The position numbers and the translations under genes were made by a program. A model generated the notes under the pieces. It worked only from the letters and a program-made list of their open reading frames with translations. It ran no database searches and was not told where the DNA came from. Below are positions 42,233 through 52,719 of a DNA stretch of 64,000 bases, piece after piece; position 1 is the first letter of the stretch, and each line of letters starts with the position of its first letter. Source of the DNA: Alphaproteobacteria bacterium (lineage in GTDB: Bacteria; Pseudomonadota; Alphaproteobacteria; JAAXGF01); assembly GCA_963555825.3 (NCBI GenBank), contig CAUVXB020000002.1, forward strand, positions 1,792,001 to 1,856,000. The letters are read 5' to 3'.

Positions 42233-43042
42233 ATGACGCCATTGTTCCGATTCTTCACTTACGCCCTCGCCGGTTACGCCACGCTCGTCGGCATCATGTT
42301 CTTTGGCCAGCGGAAACTGATGTACCACGGCGGCGCGACCGTGCCGACGCCGGCCGAATACGGCGTCGCCGACATGCGACCGGTCGGCCTGAAAACCGCC
42401 GACGGCCTCGAACTGCTTGCCTGGTACCGCGCGCCGACCGACGAGGCGCTGCCGACCATCGTCTACTACCACGGCAACGCCGGCCACATCGGCCACCGCG
42501 CCGACAAGGCGCGGCCCTATCTCGACGCCGGCTTCGGCGTATTGCTGGTCGCCTACCGCGGCTACAGCGGCAACCCGGGCGAACCGAGCGAGGCGGGATT
42601 CTACCACGACGCGCGCGCCGCGCTCGGCTTCCTCGACGGCGAAGGCGTGCCGGCCGAGCGCATCGTCGTCTACGGCGAATCGCTGGGCAGCGGCGTCGCC
42701 GTCCAGATGGCGAGCGAGCGGCGCCTCGGCGCGGTCGTGCTCGAGGCGCCGTTCACCTCGATGGCCGACATCGGGGCCTTCCACTACTGGTACGTGCCGG
42801 CGCGCTATCTGGTGCGCGACCGCTTCGATTCGGTGGCCAAGATCAAGGACATCGGCGCGCCGCTCCTGGTCGTGCACGGCGAGCGCGACCGCGTCGTGCC
42901 GACCCGGTTCGGCCGCGCATTGTTCGACGCCGCGGTCGAGCCTAAGGAAAGTCTGTTCCCGGCACAGGCCGGTCACAACAATCTCTACGACCACGGCGCC
43001 GCCGAGGTCGTGATCGAATTTTTGAAACGACGTATTCCGTAG
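42233..43042 (+). CDS. Alpha/beta hydrolase (ABHD13/Bem46-like), tandem paralog
   Basis: YHGNAG, YGESLG, HGERD, GHNN. Confidence 0.9.
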   Translation: MTPLFRFFTYALAGYATLVGIMFFGQRKLMYHGGATVPTPAEYGVADMRPVGLKTADGLELLAWYRAPTDEALPTIVYYHGNAGHIGHRADKARPYLDAGFGVLLVAYRGYSGNPGEPSEAGFYHDARAALGFLDGEGVPAERIVVYGESLGSGVAVQMASERRLGAVVLEAPFTSMADIGAFHYWYVPARYLVRDRFDSVAKIKDIGAPLLVVHGERDRVVPTRFGRALFDAAVEPKESLFPAQAGHNNLYDHGAAEVVIEFLKRRIP

Positions 43043-44682
43043 ACGTTATTTTGTGCGGTCACCTTTACAAGGTGACCTGCGCTCAATCGCCGCGCTTGCT
43101 TCCGCCGAACGGTCGGCGGCCCGCGGTCGCGGGCTGGTAGAATTCGACCGATCCCAGCCGGTATGCCTACGCTCTCACTTGGTATGTCGCGCCGCCACTC
43201 GCCTGCCACGACGGCGGCGTAATCGGACGGTTGGTAGGGGAAGACCAGCTCCTTGAGCGGCGCGAACACGCCGCGCTTGCGCCACGGGCTGGCACCGAAG
43301 TCGCGCAGCAGCTCGTCGTGGTAGTGCTGCATATGGGCGATGATGCGGGCGCCGCGCGCCGGGCTGAACGGCATCCACGCCCGTTTCCAGGCTTTCATCT
43401 CGTCGATATCGCGGCCCATGGTGTCGTCGGTCGGCGCTTCGAGGCGGCCGCCGAGCAGCTCGGCGAGCCAGCGGGCCTGCAGGCTGTACGTGAGGATGCT
43501 CGAGATCGTCGCGGCCCGGCCGATGAAGACCAGGCCGGGGACGGCCGGCTGCAGCATGTGGCGATAGAGGTAGAAGCCGTCGTCCTCGGCGCCGAAGCGG
43601 CGCCAAACGTCGGCGGCGAGGAAGCCGAAGTCGGCGGTCCAGCCGGTCGCCAGCACCATGACGTCGATGTCGACCGTCGTGCCGTCGCCGAGCCTGAGCC
43701 CGGTCGGCGTATAGGCCTCGACCGTGGTGTGGTGCAGCTCGATGACGCCGCGCCGCGCCAGGCGGTAAAAATCGGGCCTAGGCAGCATGGTCGATTCGCC
43801 GAAAGCGTCGATCTCGATCGGTGTGTCGGGCACCAGACTGACCCGCATGCCGAAACGCGAGCCGAGTCGGAATTGGAAATAGATCAGCGTCTCGACGAGC
43901 CGCCAATAAAACCAGGCGAGCGGTCGGCCCAGCCCGTGGACCATGCGCTCGACCGGGGTGGCCTGCTGATAGGGCGGGATGAGCGCGCTGGTCAAGCGGT
44001 TGAGCAAGCCCCACTTGAACGGCAGGATGCCGGCGAGCCGGGGCGGCAGCGACCAGTGCGGCTCGCGGATGACACTGTGGGTCTCGGCGGCGACGGCGGC
44101 CGATTCGAACGCCGCGTCGGTGGCGCTCTTGCCGTAGCCGAGCACCGCGACGCGGCGGCCACGCAGTTGATCGCGCGAGTGCAGCCCCGAGATATGCATG
44201 ATCTCGCCGCCGAAGTCGTCCTGGCCGGGGAATTGCGGCATGTTCGGCAGATGCGAGAACAGCCCGATGCAGACGACGACCAGATCGAAGTCGTCGCGGC
44301 CTTGCTCGCCGCCGCGGCGCCAGGCGATCGTCCAGCCCGTACCCGGCCCGCCGCGCTCGGCGATCTCGGTCACCTCGGTGTCGAAGCGGATGCGCGGGGT
44401 GACGCCGAAGTGGGCGGCGAAGTCATCGAGGTACTTCTGGATGATCGGGCCCGGCGTGAAATCGGGCGTGCCCTCGGGCAGCGGCCAATCGGGAACCTCG
44501 TAGAGCTCACTCTGGACCTGCAGCCCGAAGTTGGAATAACCGTCCCGCCAAACGCCGCCCAACACGTCCGCGCGCTCGAACAGCGTGCAGTCGAGGCCCT
44601 CGGCGATCAGCGTGCGCGCGGTCACCAGCCCCGCCATCCCTGCGCCGACGATGCCGACCGTCTTGACCGCCGTCCAGTCCAT
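42985..44682 (-). CDS. Flavin-containing monooxygenase (FMO-like)
   Basis: GAGMAG, GGVW, GYGKSATD, ATGW; the C-terminus runs through the repeat. Confidence 0.88.
   Translation of the reverse strand: MDWTAVKTVGIVGAGMAGLVTARTLIAEGLDCTLFERADVLGGVWRDGYSNFGLQVQSELYEVPDWPLPEGTPDFTPGPIIQKYLDDFAAHFGVTPRIRFDTEVTEIAERGGPGTGWTIAWRRGGEQGRDDFDLVVVCIGLFSHLPNMPQFPGQDDFGGEIMHISGLHSRDQLRGRRVAVLGYGKSATDAAFESAAVAAETHSVIREPHWSLPPRLAGILPFKWGLLNRLTSALIPPYQQATPVERMVHGLGRPLAWFYWRLVETLIYFQFRLGSRFGMRVSLVPDTPIEIDAFGESTMLPRPDFYRLARRGVIELHHTTVEAYTPTGLRLGDGTTVDIDVMVLATGWTADFGFLAADVWRRFGAEDDGFYLYRHMLQPAVPGLVFIGRAATISSILTYSLQARWLAELLGGRLEAPTDDTMGRDIDEMKAWKRAWMPFSPARGARIIAHMQHYHDELLRDFGASPWRKRGVFAPLKELVFPYQPSDYAAVVAGEWRRDIPSESVGIPAGIGRILPARDRGPPTVRRKQARRLSAGHLVKVTAQNNVYGIRRFKNSITTSAAPWS
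43040..43170 (+). repeat. Structured TAG-anchored repeat copy 4 (shortened)
   Basis: TGTGCGGTCACCTTTACAAGGTGACCTGCGCTCAATCGCCGCGC...GCCGAACGGTCGGCGGCCCGC. Confidence 0.82.
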
Positions 44683-44918
44683 CACCGGCCCGCCTTGAAG
44701 ACCAGCCAGAACGCGGCGCCGATCAGCCACAGCACCAGCATGTAGCCGCCGAACAAGAGCCAGAGGCCGAGCGTCCAGAGCGCGTAGTAGCCTGCCCGCG
44801 CGTGGCTCGGCGCGGCATCGGCCGGACCCTCGGCCATGATCAGGCGAAAGACATAAAGCGCGTGAAGCAGGCCGAAGACAACGCCGACGAGCGTTCCCGC
44901 CCAAAGCACCGCCGTCAT
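44682..44918 (-). CDS. Small membrane protein
   Basis: 78 aa, hydrophobic; TGATG coupling to the FMO start. Confidence 0.65.
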   Translation of the reverse strand: MTAVLWAGTLVGVVFGLLHALYVFRLIMAEGPADAAPSHARAGYYALWTLGLWLLFGGYMLVLWLIGAAFWLVFKAGR

Positions 44919-45008
44919 GGTTCATTCCCCCCGAAATGCACCCACAACCCGTGATCCGGCGTTCTGCCGCGCCGGTTTCGCTTATTTTTCAGATATTTGC
45001 GAGTGCTG

Positions 45009-47453
45009 TCAACGCTTCACCCGTTCCATCTTCGGGTCGTAGAGCGGGCGCGGCTGGAAGGTGCAGGGCACGCGCCGGGTCGCGACCTCGAGCTGGTAGG
45101 CGCCCGAGGCGAGATAGTCCGCGTCGACGCCGCCGCCGTTGCGCACATAGCCGTAGCCGATGTTCTTCTCGACCGTATAGCCCCAGCCGCCGCTGGTCAG
45201 CCAGCCGACCCGCTGACCGCCGCGGTAGATCGTCTCGCGGCCCAACAAAATGACGTCCGGGTCATCGACGGTGAAGCAGGCGAGCCGCTTGGTGAGCGGC
45301 GCCTCGGCTTGGCGGCTAAGCGCCTCGCGGCCGAGGAAGGCGTGGTTGGTCTTGAGCTTGACCGCCCAGCCCAAGCCGGCCTCGAACGGCGTGAAGTCGG
45401 GCCCGATATCGGCGCCCCAGGCGCGGTAGCCCTTCTCGAGCCGCAGGCTCTCGATCGCGCGGTAGCCGGCGTTGACGATGCCGTGCGCGGCGCCCGCCGC
45501 CATCAGCGCGTCGTAGACCGCGGGCGTGGCCGCGACCGGTATGTGCAGCTCCCAGCCCAGTTCGCCGACATAGGTGATGCGCAATGCGCGGACCGCCGTC
45601 CCGCCGATCGTCAGCTCGCGCCAACGCGCGAATGGGAAGGCATCGTTGTCGAGCGCGGCGTCCGTGACCGCGGCGAGCACGTCGCGCGCACGCGGTCCCA
45701 TCAGCGACAGCACGGCGTACTCGGCGGTGACGTCGGTCAGCCGCGCGTCGAGACCGGCCGGGATGTTGCCAGCGATCCAGGCGTAGTCGTGGGTCGCGAA
45801 GCCGGTGCCGGTGACGATGTAATAGGCATCCTCGGCGATGCGCGCCACCGTCAGGTCGCATTCGATGCCGCCCCGGCGGCTGCACATCTGGCTGTAGATG
45901 ACGGTGCCCGGCGGCTTGGCGACGTCGTTGGCGCAGATCCAACTCAGCGCCGCCTCGGCGTCGGCGCCGGTGAGGGCGAATTTGGCGAACGAGCTGGCGT
46001 CGAACAGCGCGACCCGCTCGCGCGTCGCGCGGTGCTCGGCGCCGACGGGATCGAACCAGTTCTGGCGGCCGAACGAATAGTCGTCCTGCGCCTCGACACC
46101 TGCCGGCGCAAACCAATTGGGCCGCTCCCAGCCGAGTTTCGAGCCGAAGCAGGCGCCCTGGTCCCCCAGGCGGTCGTAGAGCGGCGAGACGCGCAGCGGC
46201 CGGCCGCTGGCGTGCTCCTCGTGGGGCCAGGCGACGGTGTAGTGCTTGCCGTAAAGCTCGAGCGTGCGTTCGCGCACCCAGGCCTTATCGGCGTGCAGCG
46301 CGGCGAAACGGCGGATGTCGACGACCCAGAGGTCCATCGGCGGCTCGCCGCCGGCGACCCATTCGGCGAGCGCCTTGCCGGCGCCACCGCCGGCGGCGAT
46401 GCCGAAGGCGTTGAAGCCGGCGCCGACGAAGAAGCCGGCGACCTCGGGCGCCTCGCCGAGGATGAAGTTGCCGTCCGGCGTGAAGCTCTCTGGACCGTTG
46501 ATCATCTGCTTGACGCCGGCCTCGGCCAGCGCGGGCACGCGCTCCAGCGCCTGTTCCATCAACGGCTCGAAATGGTCGAGGTCGGAATCCAGCAGCGAGA
46601 AGTGGAAACCCTCGGGGATGCCGTCGACCGCCCAGGGGATCGGGTTGGGCTCGTAGCCGCCCATGACCAGCCCGCCGACGTCTTCCTTGAAGTAGATCAA
46701 CCGGTCGGGGTCGCGCAGCGTCGGCAGGTCGGCCGTGACGCCGGCGATCGGCTCGGTGATCAGATATTGATGCTGGACCGAGGTCAGCGGCACCGTGACG
46801 CCGGCCAGTGCGCCGACCTCGCGCGCCCACTGGCCGGCGCAGTTGACGACCACCTCGCAAGCGATCTCGCCCTGCGCCGTCGAGACGCCCGTGACGCGGC
46901 CGCCGGTGACGTGGATGGCGCCGACCGGGCAGTCCTCGACGATGCGCACGCCGCCGGCGCGCGCGCCCTTGGCGAGCGCCTGGGTGAGGTCGGACGGGTT
47001 GGCCTGGCCGTCGGTCGGCAGGAACGCCGCGCCGACCAGATCGCCGATCTCCATCAGCGGCCACAGCGCCTGCGCGTCGCCGGGCGTCAACAGTTCCATC
47101 TCGAGGCCGAAGCTGCGCGCCGTCGTCGCCTGGCGCTCGATCTCGGTCATGCGCTCGGCGTTGCAGGCGAGGCGCAGGCCGCCGTTGCGCTTCCAGCCGG
47201 TCGCCAGCCCGGTCTCGGCCTCGAGCCGGTGGTAGAGCTCGACCGAGTATTTCAGGAGCTGGGTGATGTTGGCCGAACCGCGCAGCTGGCCGACCAGCCC
47301 GGCGGCGTGGAAGGTCGAACCCGAGGTCAGCTTGGCGCGCTCCAAGACGACGATGTCGCGCCAGCCCTCCTTGGCCAGATGGTAGGCGGTCGAACAGCCG
47401 ACGATGCCGCCGCCGATGATGACCGCGCGGGCCTGGCTCGGAAACGCCGGCAT
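45009..47453 (-). CDS. GcvT-family FAD-dependent oxidoreductase (dimethylglycine/sarcosine dehydrogenase-like)
   Basis: IIGGGIVG, SGSTFHAAG, NGPESFTPD, GWERPNWF, SLRLEKGY. Confidence 0.93.
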   Translation of the reverse strand: MPAFPSQARAVIIGGGIVGCSTAYHLAKEGWRDIVVLERAKLTSGSTFHAAGLVGQLRGSANITQLLKYSVELYHRLEAETGLATGWKRNGGLRLACNAERMTEIERQATTARSFGLEMELLTPGDAQALWPLMEIGDLVGAAFLPTDGQANPSDLTQALAKGARAGGVRIVEDCPVGAIHVTGGRVTGVSTAQGEIACEVVVNCAGQWAREVGALAGVTVPLTSVQHQYLITEPIAGVTADLPTLRDPDRLIYFKEDVGGLVMGGYEPNPIPWAVDGIPEGFHFSLLDSDLDHFEPLMEQALERVPALAEAGVKQMINGPESFTPDGNFILGEAPEVAGFFVGAGFNAFGIAAGGGAGKALAEWVAGGEPPMDLWVVDIRRFAALHADKAWVRERTLELYGKHYTVAWPHEEHASGRPLRVSPLYDRLGDQGACFGSKLGWERPNWFAPAGVEAQDDYSFGRQNWFDPVGAEHRATRERVALFDASSFAKFALTGADAEAALSWICANDVAKPPGTVIYSQMCSRRGGIECDLTVARIAEDAYYIVTGTGFATHDYAWIAGNIPAGLDARLTDVTAEYAVLSLMGPRARDVLAAVTDAALDNDAFPFARWRELTIGGTAVRALRITYVGELGWELHIPVAATPAVYDALMAAGAAHGIVNAGYRAIESLRLEKGYRAWGADIGPDFTPFEAGLGWAVKLKTNHAFLGREALSRQAEAPLTKRLACFTVDDPDVILLGRETIYRGGQRVGWLTSGGWGYTVEKNIGYGYVRNGGGVDADYLASGAYQLEVATRRVPCTFQPRPLYDPKMERVKR

Positions 47454-47456
47454 GAC

Positions 47457-48341
47457 CTAGCGCGCCTCCCTGAACTCGGCATAGGCGCGTTCGAAGCGCG
47501 CCAGGTTCTCGGCGGTGTAGGCGAGGTAGTCGAAGTCGATGTCGAGGTGGATCTCGGAAACCATGCTCCACATCGATTCGCGCAGTAGCGAGGCGCATTT
47601 CATGGCTTTCAGCTTCATGCGTATCTCGTCGTTCGCCGGGGCCTCGAAATAGGCTTCCAGCAGGCCATCTTCTTGCGTCTGGCTGAACTGGTTGTTGGAG
47701 GCCAGGTTGGCGAGGTCGAACAGCGGCGTGTTCAACCCGGCATAGTCCCAGTCGATGAGCCACAGACGCTCGCCGTCGTCCATGAAATTGGCGGGCAGCA
47801 GGTCGTTGTGGCCGAAGACCATGCGCACCGCCCCGAGCGCCGCTTCGAGCTCGGCGTTGATCGCGAGGTAGCGCGGCACCTCGCCCAGCATGCGACTATT
47901 CCCTTCACGCAGGCTGACGGCGTAGCCGCGCACCACCTGGAACACCCAAAACGCCAGCAGCGGACCCTGGTAGTGCTTGGGAATCTCGTCGTGGACGCGG
48001 CGGATCAGCGGCACGATGCGGCCCTCGCCCAGGGCCGCGCGCACCTCGGCGTCGCCATACGTCGCGCCGTCGATGAAGCGCAGCACCAGGGCGCCGGGCT
48101 CGGCATGCACCACCTCGGGCGAGACGCCGGCGGCAAAGGCCGCGCGGCTCGCCGCCAGCTCGTTGAAGCGCATGATGCCGTGGACCGGGATGTCGTCCGC
48201 GACGCGCACCACGAAGCGCTCGCCCCGGTCGGCGACCACGAAGTTGAGGTTGGTGATGCCGCCGGTCAGCGGCTCGGGCTCGACCGGGCCCGACCAGAAA
48301 CTCAAACCGGCGGCCTTGGCGGTGGCGGCTTCGGCGCTCAT
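47457..48341 (-). CDS. Choline/ethanolamine kinase-like phosphotransferase
   Basis: GGITNLNF, HNDLLPAN, IDWDYAG. Confidence 0.9.
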   Translation of the reverse strand: MSAEAATAKAAGLSFWSGPVEPEPLTGGITNLNFVVADRGERFVVRVADDIPVHGIMRFNELAASRAAFAAGVSPEVVHAEPGALVLRFIDGATYGDAEVRAALGEGRIVPLIRRVHDEIPKHYQGPLLAFWVFQVVRGYAVSLREGNSRMLGEVPRYLAINAELEAALGAVRMVFGHNDLLPANFMDDGERLWLIDWDYAGLNTPLFDLANLASNNQFSQTQEDGLLEAYFEAPANDEIRMKLKAMKCASLLRESMWSMVSEIHLDIDFDYLAYTAENLARFERAYAEFREAR

Positions 48342-48350
48342 GAAGCTCTC

Positions 48351-50360
48351 CTACTCAAGGCCCAGCTCGCGTTTCTTGCGGCGGCTCCAGGCCGAGATCA
48401 GCCGGTCGGAGATCATCGCGATGAAGGCGACGCAGGCGCCGGCCACCAGGCCGCGCCCGGTATCCGCCTTGGTCAGCGCGATATAGACCTCCTGGCCCAG
48501 GTCGCGGGTGCCGACCAGCGCCGTGATGACCAGCATGGAGAGGCCGAACATGATGGTCTGGTTGACGCCCAGCATGATCTCGGGCAGCGCGAGGCGCAGC
48601 TCGACCTTCCACAGCCGCTGCCAGCGGTTGCAGCCGGCCGCGGTCGCCGCCTCGATGATCGACGGCGGCACCTGGCGGATGCCGTGGTCGGTGTAGCGGA
48701 TCGCCGGCACCAGCGAATACATCACGACCGCGATCATCGCCGAGAAGTCGCCAACCCGGAACAGCATGACGACCGGGATCAGGTAGACGAAGGCGGGCAG
48801 CGTCTGCAGCGTGTCGATGGCCACCTGGACGACGCGGTGAACGCGTTCGTTGCTCGCCGCCCAAATCCCGATCGGCATGCCGATCAGCGAGGCGAAGGCG
48901 ACCGAGATGCCGACCAGATAGGTCGAGATCATTGCCTTTTCCCAGTTGCCGGTGACGACGATGAAGGTCGCCAAGCCGGCGACCAGCGCGGCCAGCCGCG
49001 CACCGCCGAGCTGCCAGCCGGCGAGCGCGAGCATGCAGATCACCGCCGGCCACGGTATCGCCAGCAGGAAGCGCTTGAACGGGATCAGGACGTTGAGCAG
49101 CAGGAACGTCTTCACCGCCTCGAGCTGGTCGAAGAAGTTGATGTTGATCCATTTGACCAGCGCGTCCCAGAACGGCCCGGTGGTCAACGACCAGGCCTCG
49201 GGGAACGACTGGATCGGCGGCACGACGATGCCGAGCGCCGTGGTGACGGCGATGATCGCGGCCGCCGCGGCGAGGTGCGGGTGGCGCTTGAGGAAGCCCG
49301 CCGCCGGGTCGCGGCGCTCGGGCGGCGGCTTGGCGGCGAACGCCTGGCTGAGCCGGTCGAGCGCGATGGCCAGCAGCGTGATCGCGATGCCCGCCTCGAG
49401 GCCGTCGCCGATCGCCAACCGGCGGAGCGAGGTCAGTACGTCGTGGCCCAACCCGCCAGCGCCGATCATCGAGGCGATGATCACCATGTTGAGCGACAGC
49501 ATGATGACCTGGTTGACGCCGACCATCAGGGTCGGGCGCGCCGAGGGGATCATCACCTTCCACAACAGCTGGCGCCGCGAACAGCCCGCCATGTGGCCGA
49601 ACTCGACGATCTCGGCGGCGACCAGCTTGAGCGCCAGCATGGTACAGCGCACCATCGGCGGCATCGCGTAGATGATCGTCGCGGTCATCGCCGCGACCGG
49701 GCCGAAGCCGAACAGGAACAGCACCGGCACCAGATAGGCGAATACCGGCACGGTCTGCATGAGGTCGAGCACAGGCGTGATGATCGCCTCGGTGCGCGCG
49801 CTGCGCGCGCCCCAGATGCCGACCAGCAGGCCGCCCAATACGCCGAGCGGCACGGCGACGACGATCGACGACAGCGTCACCATCGCGCTGTCCCACTGGC
49901 CGAACACGGCGAGATAGAGGAAGCACAGTCCGACCAGCAGCGCGAGCCACTTGTCGCGCGCGTGGGCGCCAAGCATCGCGACGACCGCGACGACGGCGAT
50001 CCACGACAGCCGCGGCAGGCGGTAGACGACGTCCTCGTCGGCGCCGAAGACGAGCTTGAATCCCGAGGCGAGCAGGCCATCGGCCGCCTCGAGCGGCCAG
50101 GTCAAAAGCCATGCGATCGAACGCGTCAGCTCCTTGAAGGTGAACAGGCCGAGATCGGCGCTGTTGATAAGCCATTTCATGAAACCGCTGATCCAAACGC
50201 GCAGCGGCACGACCCAGTCGCGCGGGTACTTCGCCGCCCAGGGCAGGTACTCGACCGCGGCGTAGAGCGCGACGGTGAGCAGCAGCGCGATCGCCCAGGC
50301 GATCGCCCAGCGGCTGGGCCGCGCGAATGGCGCGCGGGCGGTCTGGCTCGCCAGGCTCAC
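48351..50360 (-). CDS. Glycine betaine/proline-type ABC permease (fused double ProW)
   Basis: Two QT.P.F.YL.P / GVNQ units. Confidence 0.92.
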   Translation of the reverse strand: MSLASQTARAPFARPSRWAIAWAIALLLTVALYAAVEYLPWAAKYPRDWVVPLRVWISGFMKWLINSADLGLFTFKELTRSIAWLLTWPLEAADGLLASGFKLVFGADEDVVYRLPRLSWIAVVAVVAMLGAHARDKWLALLVGLCFLYLAVFGQWDSAMVTLSSIVVAVPLGVLGGLLVGIWGARSARTEAIITPVLDLMQTVPVFAYLVPVLFLFGFGPVAAMTATIIYAMPPMVRCTMLALKLVAAEIVEFGHMAGCSRRQLLWKVMIPSARPTLMVGVNQVIMLSLNMVIIASMIGAGGLGHDVLTSLRRLAIGDGLEAGIAITLLAIALDRLSQAFAAKPPPERRDPAAGFLKRHPHLAAAAAIIAVTTALGIVVPPIQSFPEAWSLTTGPFWDALVKWININFFDQLEAVKTFLLLNVLIPFKRFLLAIPWPAVICMLALAGWQLGGARLAALVAGLATFIVVTGNWEKAMISTYLVGISVAFASLIGMPIGIWAASNERVHRVVQVAIDTLQTLPAFVYLIPVVMLFRVGDFSAMIAVVMYSLVPAIRYTDHGIRQVPPSIIEAATAAGCNRWQRLWKVELRLALPEIMLGVNQTIMFGLSMLVITALVGTRDLGQEVYIALTKADTGRGLVAGACVAFIAMISDRLISAWSRRKKRELGLE

Positions 50361-51451
50361 TTGCCGTCCTCGGCGCCGTCGTCGGCGGTCCTGCGCACCA
50401 GCACGTCGAGCACCGCCTCGCGGGTCAGCTGGCCGATCACCTTGCCGTCGCCGTCGGTCACCGCTACGGGGCGGTCCTGGTCGACGACGCGCGCGGCGAG
50501 GTCCTCGATCTTGGTCGCCGCCGCGACGCTGCCGGCGAAGTCGGCGCCGGGCGCGGCGGGCGCCATCACCGAGCGCGCCGACAGCACCTTGGCGCGCGGG
50601 ATCTCACGAGTGAACTCGGCGACGTAGTCGGTCGCCGGATCGGTCACCAGGTCCTCGGGTGTGCCGATCTGGATGATCGCGCCATCCTTCATGATGGCGA
50701 TGCGGTCGGCGAGGCGAATCGCCTCGTCGAAATCATGGGTGATGAACACGATGGTCTTGTGCAGGACGCCCTGGAGGCGCAGGAACTCGTCCTGCATCTC
50801 GCGCCGGATCAGCGGATCGAGCGCCGAGAACGGCTCGTCCAAGAGCCATATCTCGGGCTCGACGGCGAGCGAACGCGCGATGCCGACACGCTGCTGCTGG
50901 CCGCCCGAGAGCTCGCGCGGGTAATAGGCCTCGCGGCCGGCCAGACCGACCAGCTCGATGACCTCGCGGGCGCGCGCCTCGCGCGTCGCGCGGTCGACCC
51001 CCTGGACCTCGAGCGGAAAGGCGACGTTGCCGAGCACGCTGAGGTGCGGCAGCAGGGCGAAGTGCTGGAACACCATGCCCATCTTGTGGCGGCGGATTTC
51101 GATCAGCGCCTTGGCGGACGCCTTCAGCAGGTCCTCGCCCTCGAAGACGACCGCGCCGGCGGTCGGCTCGATGAGCCGGGACATGCAGCGCACCAGCGTC
51201 GACTTGCCCGAGCCCGACAGCCCCATGATGACGAAGATCTCGCCGTCGCCGACGGCGAAGCTCGCGTCACGCACCGCGCCGATCAGGCCGGCCTCGTCGA
51301 GCGCCGCGTCGCTCGGCGCGTGATCGTGCGCCGCGAGGAAACGCTCGGCGCCCGTGCCGAACAGCTTCCAGACGCCGCGGCAGGTGATCTTGGCGTCGGG
51401 CGGCGATGCGCCGTTCTGCCCCGCCGCCGGTGTCGGCCCGGTTGCCGCCAT
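50357..51451 (-). CDS. ProV-like ABC ATP-binding protein
   Basis: GLSGSGKS, LSGGQQQR, DEPFSALDPLIR. Confidence 0.93.
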   Translation of the reverse strand: MAATGPTPAAGQNGASPPDAKITCRGVWKLFGTGAERFLAAHDHAPSDAALDEAGLIGAVRDASFAVGDGEIFVIMGLSGSGKSTLVRCMSRLIEPTAGAVVFEGEDLLKASAKALIEIRRHKMGMVFQHFALLPHLSVLGNVAFPLEVQGVDRATREARAREVIELVGLAGREAYYPRELSGGQQQRVGIARSLAVEPEIWLLDEPFSALDPLIRREMQDEFLRLQGVLHKTIVFITHDFDEAIRLADRIAIMKDGAIIQIGTPEDLVTDPATDYVAEFTREIPRAKVLSARSVMAPAAPGADFAGSVAAATKIEDLAARVVDQDRPVAVTDGDGKVIGQLTREAVLDVLVRRTADDGAEDGK

Positions 51452-51531
51452 TTCTCTCACTCTCGCCTAAAGCGAAGCGCGCCGCAGGACCATTGCGGGT
51501 CCGGCGGCGCAGGATCGGAAGACGCGCCCGC

Positions 51532-52497
51532 CTAGCCGGCGCAGGCGCCCCACTTCCGCCAGGTTCCCTCGTTGGTCTTGATCCAGCCCTCGACGGCGTC
51601 GTCGACCGACTTGCCGTCGAGATCGACCTCGACGATCAAGGCGCCCATCGTGTCGTTGTCGATGTGGAAGTTGCGCACCGCCTGATAGGCGCAGGCCCAC
51701 TTCGCCTCGCCCGCCTTCCAGCCGACCTTCTTGATCCAGCCGAACGGCTTGCCGCAGTCGTACTGCATGTCGCCGTTGGAACCCCAACTCGGGTCGTCGT
51801 AGCAGGCGTCGGTGTATTCGGGGAACTCGACCCACTCGCCCTTGAACTTGAACGGCGCCCAATGCGGCGCGTAGACCCAGCCGAGGAACGGCGCCTCGCG
51901 CTCATAGGCCGACTGCAGTTCGGCGAACAACGCAGCGTCGGTGCCGGCGTGGACGACCTCGAAGTCGAGGCCGAGCGCCTCGGCGCGCTCGTCGTCGAAG
52001 CCGGCCCAGGTCACCGGACCGCCGAGATAGCGGCCCTTGGGGTGTGTCTCGGGCGTCGAGAACGCCTCGGCGCAGTCGTTGAGCGCCTTCCAGTCGGGCA
52101 GACCGGGGCATTTCTCTTTCATGTAGATCGGGTACCACCACTCTTCCTTGGCATCCATGCCGGTCTCGCCGAGATCGACGGTGTTGCCGGTGGCGAGGCT
52201 TTCGTCCATGGCCTGCTTGCCGGTCGTCTCCCACATCTCCATGGCGATGTGCAGATCGCCCGACTCGAGGCCGGCGAACTGAGCGATATAGTCGGCCTGC
52301 TGGTACTTGATGTTGTAGCCGAGCTCCTCGAGCACGCGGCCCATGATATGGGTCGTGATGTACTGGCCGGTCCAGTCGTGGATTGTGAGGATGATCGGAT
52401 CTTTCGATTCCGGGACGCCGGCGAGCGCCGGCGTCGAGAACGCGACGGTCAGCGCCATGGCCCCCGCCGCGGTTGCGGTCGCGAATTCCTTGAGCAT
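51532..52497 (-). CDS. Betaine-type ABC substrate-binding protein
   Basis: Signal peptide; DWTGQ, EMWET, YAPHW. Confidence 0.9.
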   Translation of the reverse strand: MLKEFATATAAGAMALTVAFSTPALAGVPESKDPIILTIHDWTGQYITTHIMGRVLEELGYNIKYQQADYIAQFAGLESGDLHIAMEMWETTGKQAMDESLATGNTVDLGETGMDAKEEWWYPIYMKEKCPGLPDWKALNDCAEAFSTPETHPKGRYLGGPVTWAGFDDERAEALGLDFEVVHAGTDAALFAELQSAYEREAPFLGWVYAPHWAPFKFKGEWVEFPEYTDACYDDPSWGSNGDMQYDCGKPFGWIKKVGWKAGEAKWACAYQAVRNFHIDNDTMGALIVEVDLDGKSVDDAVEGWIKTNEGTWRKWGACAG

Positions 52498-52632
52498 GAA
52501 GGGTCCTCCCAATGACCTGCTGATGCCGGAACCGAAAGGTTCACGGCCGTTTGGACGGGCCAATTTTTCGGCCCATGCCGATGCCGGTCATCAAAACCAG
52601 TTTGACCCGAAGATTCAAGCAAATTGTCATGT

Positions 52633-52693
52633 ATCCACAGAATTCCACGTAAATTTTGTGGATTATTGCTATAATTCCACGTAAATTTCCACG
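52633..52693. promoter_or_regulatory. Probable DeoR operator array in the divergent promoter
   Basis: AATTCCACGTAAATTT at 52641-52656 and 52673-52688; ATCCACA...TGTGGAT inverted pair. Confidence 0.65.
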
Positions 52694-52719
52694 ATCGTCA
52701 TCGTTCGGGGCCCGTCATC

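Noticed and set aside
47673-50627. Long antisense ORFs (984 aa here; also 44997..47588, 7088..9034, 34361..36136)
   Set aside because: They are shadow ORFs of high-GC genes on the opposite strand and have no recognisable motifs.
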